A DNA stretch of 16,723 bases from an uncultured bacterium (lineage in GTDB: Bacteria; Hydrogenedentota; Hydrogenedentia; Hydrogenedentales; JAEUWI01). Under the pieces are notes generated by a model. The model was not told the DNA's origin and did no database searches. It saw only the letters and a list, made by a program, of their open reading frames with translations. Shown here in pieces: positions 8,138 to 16,100 of the stretch (positions are counted from its first letter, which is position 1; each line of letters opens with the position of its first letter). Made by a program: the position numbers and the translations under genes. The stretch lies in the NCBI GenBank assembly GCA_963977445.1, contig CAXBPH010000148.1, forward strand, positions 1 through 16,723, given 5' to 3'.

Positions 8138-8535
8138 GACCTGCCTCCACAACCGGAACAGGGGGACAACAAGGCTTCGGAAACAGCAGCGCCACTTTCT
8201 TCCCGCATGTTCAAAATCTCCACGCCCGTTTCGGCCAGGGGGTGCTTTGCGCCGTGAAAGAGCCACCGCACGGCACGGGGGAAACACGCGGCAATGCGCA
8301 GTTGGGGTGCCGCACTCAAACGCGCCAGGGCCGGATCGTTGCGGGCCGCCATGTCACACAAATCGGGCACGGCATCAAAGGCCAGGCCGGAGGCATTCAG
8401 CGCCGCCAACACCTCCCGCTTTACTTCTTCCGGCACCACCTTGGCATAGGTACAATGACAATAGAGAATCCGGGGCATCACCCCGTCCTCCGTTGAACTT
8501 GGGGTCACTTCGTTTTCGATTCGCTCATCGGTCAT
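8134..8535 (-). CDS. Small Cys-rich protein resembling the HdrA N-terminal Fe-S domain, 133 aa
   Basis: ILYCHC...PDLC...IAACFPR matches the CHC..LC..AACSPR pattern of the heterodisulfide reductase A N-terminus. C-terminal CSGC. Coupled to cobW (TGATG) and to the next gene (ATGA). Confidence 0.75.
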   Translation of the reverse strand: MTDERIENEVTPSSTEDGVMPRILYCHCTYAKVVPEEVKREVLAALNASGLAFDAVPDLCDMAARNDPALARLSAAPQLRIAACFPRAVRWLFHGAKHPLAETGVEILNMREESGAAVSEALLSPCSGCGGRS

Positions 8536-9668
8536 CAGGTCGCCCCCACGGTATCGCGATGTACCGGTGTCGGCATGCCGGGGCGAAAGCTTTCCAGATG
8601 CTCAATGTTCAGACGAAGCCCACGGACCCGTGCCCGTTCGGCCACCACCGCTTCTACAATAGATTGGAGCTGGGCAGGATCGGCCTCGGCACGCAGGTTA
8701 AGGATAAGCGCCCCTTCCGACACCGTGTCTCTCACCGATTCACGGAGTTCCGGCACGCCATCACTGCGCACCAGACTCACGGCAGACAACCGGCCCGCGA
8801 TATCACCGCTGTCGAGGGTCATTTTCAGGTGGGCAATTTCGCCCCCCGCCCCATCCGTCGCCTGTTGAATATCCTGGGCGAGTTCTAACAACAACTCGTC
8901 GGGAACAAAACCAGTTTCCGACGTCACCTGAATGGTGCTGTTCAACCAGCCAAGGAGGGCTTCTCCTTCACCATACCGGGCGTAATCAATTTCCATGGTG
9001 GGACGAAGACCATCATTCTCTTCATGAAGAATCTGGTCAAACCAGGCATCCAGTCCCGTTTGCTCCTGCATGGAGCAGCAATGTACGGTGGCCTTCGGAA
9101 AACGCTCCTGGAGCGTGCGTGTCAGTTCGGTGCGAAGGGATTCATCGATGCTGTCGCATTTATTCAATACGATGACGTCCGCCTCTTCCAGCTGCTTCGT
9201 ATAAATGTAGACCACCTTCTCCGAAAAGGGACGTCCCGTTTGCAGGCCAAATATACGGGCCGCACGGGCCGGGTCCACCAGCACACTCAACGGCGATACG
9301 GTAAAGCGCTCCCCATAGATGCGACGCAGGGGATAGGACACGGTAGCAACCAGATCGGTGCAACTTCCCACCGGCTCGGCGAGGAACACATCGGGTGCGA
9401 CCGCATCGGAAAGGCGTTGGGAGGCTTCGAGGAGGGAGTCGAAGCGGCAGCAAAAACACCCACCAGCGATTTCTTCCACCGAAAAGCCACGGGAACGGAG
9501 CACGCCGGTATCCACCAGACCCGTGCTCTGGTCATTACTGATGAGGCCCACCCGTACTCCGGCATCTTTCAGCCGCTGTGCAAGTTCGGCGATGGCGGTC
9601 GTCTTACCCGCCCCAAGGAAACCGCCTATCATGATATAACGTGCTTTATCGCGTGGTGTCGAGGTCAT
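8535..9668 (-). CDS. COG0523 / CobW-P47K family (G3E) GTPase metallochaperone, ~377 aa
   Basis: Walker A GGFLGAGKTT, ND..G.VD, metal motif GGCFCC, Walker B AEPVG and NKCD. RBS AGGAG precedes ATGATG; its spacing favours 9668 over 9671. Confidence 0.88.
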   Translation of the reverse strand: MTSTPRDKARYIMIGGFLGAGKTTAIAELAQRLKDAGVRVGLISNDQSTGLVDTGVLRSRGFSVEEIAGGCFCCRFDSLLEASQRLSDAVAPDVFLAEPVGSCTDLVATVSYPLRRIYGERFTVSPLSVLVDPARAARIFGLQTGRPFSEKVVYIYTKQLEEADVIVLNKCDSIDESLRTELTRTLQERFPKATVHCCSMQEQTGLDAWFDQILHEENDGLRPTMEIDYARYGEGEALLGWLNSTIQVTSETGFVPDELLLELAQDIQQATDGAGGEIAHLKMTLDSGDIAGRLSAVSLVRSDGVPELRESVRDTVSEGALILNLRAEADPAQLQSIVEAVVAERARVRGLRLNIEHLESFRPGMPTPVHRDTVGAT

Positions 9669-9722
9669 CATACTCCTGACCGTGTTCTAAGCTCACGTGG
9701 ACGACTCTTAAGTATAGACAAA

Positions 9723-10211
9723 TTAAGCGGGGGAGTTATTTCCGAGGATGCGGTCTATCGCTTCGTCCAAGACGGACTTATAGGCTTCCCGATCGATACA
9801 TTCACCATCGGGCTCCCCTTCGATTCGGTACAACCAGCCCGCCTGTTGCGGGTCCCGGCCCAAAAGGTCAATATCGGCCAGCAGGGCCTCATTACCACCG
9901 CGAAAGACGCCGGAAAGGGGGGTATAGATGTCACTCACGGCCTTAAAGCCTTCAAGCCAACCAACTTCCTGGCCTTTTTCGACCAAGTCGCCAACTTTCG
10001 ATTCAAAATCCAGCTCTACGGGGTCGCCAATCATGCGGGTGGCAAATTCGGTCAGGCCAACACGCCAGATTCCGTCATCCTCGCGCCGTAACCATGCATG
10101 GGCCGCCGTAAAAAGACAGTCGCCATACAGACGGGTAGAAAACTTCGCCCGGCGGTAACGGATCGACTGCGTCGTCACAGGGGTGCTTCCGGGAGCATGC
10201 TCTTCGGTCAT
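9723..10211 (-). CDS. gcvH: Glycine cleavage H-protein-like lipoyl-carrier protein (stand-alone), 162 aa
   Basis: HAWL...RVGLTEFA..IGD...EGFKAVSDIYTPLSG...N..L...DP...GWLY. The lipoyl-acceptor Lys (K90) is retained. RBS AGGA lies 6 nt upstream. No gcvT or gcvP in the window. Confidence 0.88.
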   Translation of the reverse strand: MTEEHAPGSTPVTTQSIRYRRAKFSTRLYGDCLFTAAHAWLRREDDGIWRVGLTEFATRMIGDPVELDFESKVGDLVEKGQEVGWLEGFKAVSDIYTPLSGVFRGGNEALLADIDLLGRDPQQAGWLYRIEGEPDGECIDREAYKSVLDEAIDRILGNNSPA

Positions 10212-10317
10212 TGAATTCCTGCCATAGGCGTCGACTCAAAACGCCAATCCGCATACCGTAACAACCAAGTCCATCGCCCGGTTACCTCACCAGAACGAAG
10301 ACCCAATCGGTACACGG

Positions 10318-10342
10318 GTAGGCCCGATACGCCTTATCGAGC
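10318..10342 (+). repeat. Single GTAG-type REP-like hairpin in the operon leader
   Basis: GTAG followed by gcccgata-cgcct-tatcgagc (8-bp arms, one mismatch). Confidence 0.35.
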
Positions 10343-10349
10343 AAGGTTC

Positions 10350-10379
10350 AGTATACGATTGAACGCTTGTGCGCCGCAA
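10350..10379 (-). promoter_or_regulatory. Candidate sigma70 promoter for the terpene operon
   Basis: Minus strand TTGCGG (10379..10374), 18 bp, TATACT (10355..10350), about 140 bp upstream of gcvH. The -10 is strong and the -35 is weak. Confidence 0.35.
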
Positions 10380-10390
10380 ATCCCCCATAC

Positions 10391-10449
10391 AGGGCAGCAT
10401 GACCCGAGGATCCACGGGGTCATGGCCGCATAATCGAGATAGATGGCCG
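10391..10449 (-). pseudogene. Relic of the 5' end of an iscS homolog
   Basis: 10391..10444 aligns to 1374..1437 with 2 substitutions, a 9-bp deletion and a 1-bp frameshifting deletion. It reads ...IYLDYAAMTP. Confidence 0.85.
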
Positions 10450-10605
10450 TCAGTTCACTCCCACCGCATCGCGATGTACCGGTGGCGGCATGCCGGGGCG
10501 AAAGCTCTCCAGATGCTCAATGTTCAGACTAAGCCCACGAACGCGGGTCCGTTCGACCACCACCACTTCGACAATAGACTGGAGCTGGGCAGGATCGGCC
10601 TCTGC
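10450..10605 (-). pseudogene. Relic of the 3' end (51 codons plus stop) of a cobW-like homolog
   Basis: Ungapped match to 8535..8690 at 139/156 identity (manual count), with no internal stops. Homology ends abruptly at 10605. Confidence 0.9.
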
Positions 10606-10699
10606 TGCGTGATGGATTTGAAGTATGCTGCCAAAAGTAGAGACTACTCCACCCTCTAGATATTGGCTTTACACTGATATCTTCAGAACGCCACACCTC

Positions 10700-11104
10700 T
10701 TAGCAATGTCGATTCAGAAAATCATTGGCCGAATGGAAATGATAACTGTCAGGCAGAGGCGTGTTCATCTTGTAGTTATTGTCCTTGGCTTCCTTCCACG
10801 TGCCATTTTCGACCATACTATTGACTTGGGCCTTCCTGAAAACCCAGCCGCTCCCGTCGCCTGCCAGAAGAACTAGGTAGTAATCGTTGCAGTGTTCATT
10901 GAACAAGTCGATGTAGGGTTTTCCGACTCCCCAAAAAGGCTTCTCCAATCGGCTTATTTTGACTATCATCAAGTTTTTAAGAAATCGAAAGTAGTTGGGG
11001 CGCTTTAGAATCTGCTTCCACATGAAAAACTGAGCATCTCCTGCCGTTGGTGCCGTCGCTCCAATCGCCTTGGTAAATTCATCTATCTCTTGACACACGC
11101 TCAT
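10700..11104 (-). CDS. Hypothetical protein, ~134 aa
   Basis: RBS AAGGAG lies 6 nt before ATG 11104 (MSVCQEIDEF...). Globular alpha/beta-like composition in low-GC DNA. Family not recognised. Confidence 0.7.
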   Translation of the reverse strand: MSVCQEIDEFTKAIGATAPTAGDAQFFMWKQILKRPNYFRFLKNLMIVKISRLEKPFWGVGKPYIDLFNEHCNDYYLVLLAGDGSGWVFRKAQVNSMVENGTWKEAKDNNYKMNTPLPDSYHFHSANDFLNRHC

Positions 11105-11631
11105 TTCGCTCTCCTTCATTGAGTTAGATCGTCTATTGCCGCTTTCGGCGGCAAAATACGTTTTCCTAAGTACCGACGATTTTGTCGAAGTCATCAGGCT
11201 AACACTGGAAAAATGTTTTTCGGATATCCTCAACAAGTCCGCTATATCTGAGCAAAACACGATCTTTGTGGCTCAGTTGTTGTCGGTTGTGACCGTATCC
11301 GCCCATGGCTCGGTTTTCCCGACTATCGCTTAAGTCGAGTCGGCTTCTTCTATGCTATACCAGAATTATCACACCCACCGCTCAGTTTCACCGTCGCGTG
11401 CTCTGCACGCGCGATGGCCTTGGGTAGTTGATGGCAATCGCTCGTTACAGTCCGCATTTCTTTTTCCAGACAGGTGACATGTTGGAGCCCTGCTGGTGCT
11501 GGGTACTGGCGAACCGTGCCTCGGTACGATGTCCAGACTATCCTGTGTGAAATCTCTCTATTGACGTCTGCTCCTAGCGTGCTCTGAATACACTCACGGC
11601 TACCCATTCATGAATACGGTCTGGGGATCTC

Positions 11632-12285
11632 TTACCAAGCCTGCGGATCAACTGGTATGCCTTCGTTTATTTCGTCGTAAATAGCGCTTTCCAAGTTTTG
11701 AAGAATTATCTCTATGGTGTTCAATCGAGCGCAGATTGGGTCATCGGGAAAGTCTGACAGCGAAGCCTCTACCTTTTTGCGCGATCTGAAAAAACTGTCG
11801 AGCAGTTCCGAGTAGCGCCCCCGTGCTTCCTTGACGGCTTCAATTCTTTTTTTCTCATGTTGCTCCATGAGGATGAGCGCGAGAAGGGCACATCGTTCGA
11901 TAATGTCGTCCCGCGTCAGCCCGTTCGATGATACGAGTTTGTGTTTCTTCAGAACGCGCAATGCTGACAGCGTTTCTTTTTCCACGGTATAGCTTCTGCG
12001 TATACGCGTTGCCTCGAATGGTTGTTCAACGCAGGTATTCACAACGGTTTTAAGCCATGCGTCATCCAGCATATCGAGAAGCGCAGCGATCACTGCCCCC
12101 ACACTGTATTCCCATTTCGATGCCAGTTTGTTCAGATTCGCATATCCAATTTCCGTCATTTGGAACGTAGTCTTCTTAGGCTTGGGCTTCGGAACTCTGG
12201 ATGTAAGTTGCTTTTTCATTTCTTCGCTCAGAGGGATTTCGTCAGTCGCGATTTTAGGGTTTGAGGCTTGCTGCTGCTTTTCCAT
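11632..12285 (-). CDS. Hypothetical protein, probable tandem ribbon-helix-helix DNA-binding protein, ~217 aa
   Basis: Two strand-helix-helix-like units (KKTTFQMTEIGYANLNKLASKWEYSVGAVIAALL and RIRRSYTVEKETLSALRVL...TRDDIIERC) followed by a helical tail. RBS AAGGAG lies 9 nt before ATG 12285. The ORF-track TTG at 12309 abuts the -10 box. Confidence 0.72.
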   Translation of the reverse strand: MEKQQQASNPKIATDEIPLSEEMKKQLTSRVPKPKPKKTTFQMTEIGYANLNKLASKWEYSVGAVIAALLDMLDDAWLKTVVNTCVEQPFEATRIRRSYTVEKETLSALRVLKKHKLVSSNGLTRDDIIERCALLALILMEQHEKKRIEAVKEARGRYSELLDSFFRSRKKVEASLSDFPDDPICARLNTIEIILQNLESAIYDEINEGIPVDPQAW

Positions 12286-12309
12286 TGATTCGATCTCCTT
12301 TACATCCAA

Positions 12310-12338
12310 AACATATCACATCCTTATAGAGATGTCAA
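12310..12338 (-). promoter_or_regulatory. Near-consensus sigma70 promoter of the RHH-like gene
   Basis: Minus strand TTGACA (12338..12333), exactly 17 bp, TATGTT (12315..12310), with an extended -10 TGn. Confidence 0.7.
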
Positions 12339-12353
12339 CATATAAACATCTCT
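12328..12353. promoter_or_regulatory. Inverted repeat overlapping the -35 box, candidate operator
   Basis: agagatgt (12328..12335), 10 bp, acatctct (12346..12353). Confidence 0.5.
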
Positions 12354-12525
12354 CTTTGGACGTCTTATTCTTTGGGATGCTTCTAGTGCAAGCAGGGAGC
12401 AGATAGGTTACGGACGAGACACGACCCCACAGCGCAGTAGAGATTGAATTGTTGATACGGACACCCCTGGCTCTTATATCGGAGCCCTGACGGGGGCAAC
12501 CACGTCCTCCCACAACCAGACATCC

Positions 12526-12930
12526 CTACTGAAACACGTCCCCCGGCATCTTTTTCACCTTCTCCATAATTGGCGTAAAATCCATCAACGCCAACACATC
12601 CCGCTCCACATCAATACCCGGGGCCACCTCCACCAACGCCAGCCCGCCCTTCGTCAAGCGAAAGACCGCCCGCTCCGTGATATAGGTCACTTCCTGGCCG
12701 CATTCCAGGGCATAGGCCGCGCTGAAGGAAAGCTGCTCCACGGCAGCTACAAACTTCCGGCATCGCCCTTCCTTCAAAATACGTAGCTTCCCGTCCACCA
12801 CCTCCGCCTCCAGCCCCCCCGCCGTGAAAGTCCCGCAGAAGACGACCTGCCGGGCCGTCTGGATAATATTGGCAAAGGGACCAATGCCCGCCACCCGACT
12901 GCCTAATCGGGATACATTCACATTCCCCGC
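12526..12930 (-). pseudogene. C-terminal fragment (~130 codons) of a YdiF/propionate CoA-transferase family acyl-CoA transferase
   Basis: GNVNVS...VVFCGTFTAGGL...EG..RKFV..VEQ.SF...YITERAVF.L...L.EVAPGID...DVL..MDF.P is the family C-terminus. The N-terminal ~75% of the usual protein is absent, with only ~200 bp to the upstream gene. The usual GGF motif reads GPF. Confidence 0.8.
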
Positions 12931-13099
12931 CCGAGCATTCCTCGGCCCAATGTCCCGAGCGGCCAACCCCTCCACCGAAATCACCCACACCCACCCAACA
13001 GTCGGGGCTGTACCCCGCCACCGCCTGAGCCAAACCCTAAGCCGATTGGGAGATGGAAGACGCTGGCCCGTTCTCGGGCCACCCGGCTCCTCTTTGGGC

Positions 13100-13135
13100 T
13101 GCAAGTCCGGGGGCTCTCTCGAGCCCCCCGTTGCA
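13100..13135 (-). terminator. GC-rich hairpin just downstream of the FG-GAP gene stop, possible terminator
   Basis: gggggctc-tctc-gagccccc (13109..13128) with outer tgcaa/ttgca arms. A second hairpin, tggcccg-ttct-cgggcca, lies at 13064..13081. No clear U-tract. Confidence 0.35.
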
Positions 13136-13143
13136 GGACAATT

Positions 13144-16100
13144 TTAGCGGTGAAGTAGAACGGAAAGGTTGTTTCCCCCGCTGTTTGCACTGATGATGTC
13201 GGGCAGGTCATCACCGTTCAGATCACCGACGCCAATTCCCATCGTAAAAGTACCGCCGAGGTCATAGCGGGTAAAACCAGAGAAGAAGGTGGTGCCGTCG
13301 CCCAGGAGGATGCCAACGCACTGGTAGGGTTCATAGGAAAATACCAAATCCTGTTCGCCGTCAACGTTGACGTCGGCCACCGAGAGATAACTGATTGTTG
13401 CGGGATCGCGGTGCGCGTTCACATCGTACCGGACCGCAGGGCGAAAGAAACCGTCTCCCGCTCCGGGAATGATCGAGACCATGCCTTCCCGATCGCCGGT
13501 GACAATATCTTGAATACCGTCACGGTCGATATCGGTGAAAACGACACTGATACCGCCGATCTGAAGGTTTCTGGGTGAAGCGAAGGAGCCATCCCCGTTA
13601 CCGAGATAGAGCATCAAGGTGCCCGAGCGAGAGGCGACTAAATCGAGATTGCCATCGCCATCCACTTCACCGAGGAAAACATCCTGGATTACGTTGGCGG
13701 TCGGAATCTCGAATACAGACTGAAAAGTGCTGCCGTTAATACCAAGGCGCACATCAATGCCGCCGGTGGGCCCGGGGACGCTGAGCAGGTCGGGGATGCC
13801 ATCGCGGTCGATGTCACCCACAGCCAGTCCGCGCGCGTCGGCACCTCCCTCAACAAAGAAAACTTCTTGAAATGTGCCGTCGCCATTCCCCAGGGAAATG
13901 CCAATTTGACGGGTGTTCTGGTGGGCCGTAACCACGTCCAGCGCGGCGTCGTTGTTGATATTGGCAACCAGCATATCGAGCACGCGGTTTGCGGTGGAAG
14001 ACGCTATCGCCTCGGAGAATCCGGCGGTGCCGTCTCCCAGTAGAACGAGGATCTCGCCGTCGGAAAAGCGCGCGGTAACCAAATCGAGGTCGTCGTCGCC
14101 GTTCATGTCGACAACCGCGACGCCTGCACTTCCGCCGATGCCCGTGGGAACAGTAATCTGGGTCTCGAAGTCGCCGTTCCCCAGTCCACGTAGGACGGAA
14201 AGGTCACCAAATCCACCACCCGACGCAGTAATCACATCATTGTTGCCATCTTCGTCCGCATCGCCCGCCGCGACAAGCCGCGTGAATCGGGGCACGTCGA
14301 GCACCAGTTCGGATTGGAAACCGCCGATGCCGTCTCCGAAAAGTACGGCAACGAAATCGAAGTTGCCATCCGAGAAGGGTACGACCAGATCCAGCGCATC
14401 ATCCTGGTTAAAATCGGCCGCCGCCAGATCACGTGGGTTTCCTGAAACCGCGTATTCCACGTGATCACTAAATCCGCCCGCACCATCCCCCAGCAACACG
14501 GAAACGCCAGACTGGAAGACGGCTGCCACGGCATCGAGATTGTCATCACCATTGAGATCCGCAAGAATCAAATCATCGGGAGCCGCTGCCGTGGCAAAAT
14601 TCACCGGGTCAGCAAAGGTGCCATCCCCGTTGCCCTTGTGAAATTGAATTCGATTCAACCCGCGGTGGGCAACCACGAGATCGATGTTCCCGTCCTCGTC
14701 CACATCTGCCAATACGGGATTGATGATGTTGGTGCCTCCGATGTTCAACGGGGTTGCGGCCTGCAGGGTGCCATCGCCATTCCCAAGAAACAGGGATAGG
14801 GTTGCGCTACCGGTGTTCCCGGCAACCACATCGAGGGAGCCATCGCCGTTGATATCGGCCGTATCCAGGCGCTGGGTCTGCGTGCCCGCACTAAACTCAG
14901 ACGGGGCACCAAAGGTGCCATCGCCATTACCGACAAGGATAAAAATGCTGTTTCCGATGGCATCGGCGACCGCAGCATCCAGGTTGCCATCGTTGTCAAA
15001 ATCGCCCAATTTTATGGCTGCGGCAGAGTCGCCAACGTCGATTACCTGGGCGGGCAAATAGCTCCCGTCGCCATTGCTCAGGGCTGCACTAACCCGCGAA
15101 AAACGATCGCTGCTCGCGCCACTGACAATCACGGCCACAGCGTCCTGGGAACCGTCGTTGTTCAGATCGCCCAATGCGATATCAACCGGCGGACCGCCGA
15201 TGGCGGATCGTAAGCCAGGATAGAGAATGGTGACGCTGGCACGCACAATGATCGTGCCAACATCGGTAGTACCGCCGGGGAGGATAGTCACGCCCATCAT
15301 TTGACCGCTAAAGCTGTCTGAACCGGACTGAATCCGGGCGGTCACATCGAGTACAGGCAACACGCCGCGGTACGAGCCCGTAAGTTCAAAGGAGAACGCG
15401 CCATCCGAGCCGACGATCCCGTTGCCCCCCAGATTGGTAAATACCTCCGCACCCTCGGCAGGCGCATTGTCTTCAAAGAAGACCTGCCCAGTTACCGTCG
15501 TGGTGAAGGTGATGGGTTCACCCGTCAAAATGCCCACGTCGGTGATACCGCCGGGGATTACGGGAACGAGTCCGGAATCGAATTCCTCATTGTCGACAAC
15601 CACGGTAACGACGACGCCGACCGTCGCAGCAGGCAGGGTAAGATCGAAGGAAAAAAATCCGTTCGCATCGGTGGTGAAATCACCGCCAAACGAAATTGTG
15701 GAGATAGCCGCGCCTTCAACAGGATCTCCATTCTCATCCTGTACCAGCCCTTCGATTCGGGTTGTGATCGTATCGCGAGCGATGTTGACGCGCCGTGTCG
15801 CCGTTACGCCCTGATACGTGGCGGTAACAAAGGCAGGGCCTGAGTCGTGAGAAGAGATCAGAGCGGAATCGTCGATGGTGATGATGTCCGTATTGCTCAC
15901 GCGGTAGGCGGTGCCGGCACTGACGGGCGTGACGTCTTGCATGCGTCCGTCAAAGTAAATCGCCGTGGTCGTGGCCTGGCTGGTGGCGTCCGGCGCAAAG
16001 GTGGTGGGGTCCGCCGTAATCCGAAGTTCCTTGGGAAACAAGGGGGGAGAGGCACCTCCCGAGAAGCTACTGACATTCACCACCTGGTCTTGGCTAAGAT

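Larger units (their letters stand above)
10606..12440. other. Low-GC insert (probably horizontally acquired); no integrase or transposase visible
   Basis: Spot counts on 60-bp lines gave 38% GC (10921) and 45% GC (11701), against 68% in the operon (1681). Flanked by gene relics on both sides. The right boundary is approximate. Confidence 0.6.

Noticed and set aside
8535..9668. Cobalamin biosynthesis role for the CobW-like gene
   Set aside because: COG0523 GTPases are general metallochaperones. No cob/cbi genes or B12-binding domain are evident in the window.
10450..10605. DGR template repeat / variable repeat pair with the cobW 3' end (8535..8690)
   Set aside because: Only 5 of 17 differences fall at adenines of the putative template on the sense strand, changes are enriched at third codon positions, and there is no reverse transcriptase in the window.
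11136..11607. Small ORFs 11136..11333 (+) and 11350..11607 (-)
   Set aside because: No convincing RBS or motif. They cannot be supported as genes, though a degraded gene in this gap is not excluded.
10600..12442. Terminal inverted repeats of the low-GC insert (ctctgctgcg 10600..10609 / cgcagtagag 12433..12442)
   Set aside because: The match is only 9/10 bp, partly inside the cobW relic, with no target duplication or transposase; it is compatible with chance.
12526..13104. Intact 192-aa CoA-transferase beta subunit
   Set aside because: The first ~58 residues have no family similarity and run through hairpin-rich DNA. The catalytic Glu region is missing, so it is treated as a fragment.
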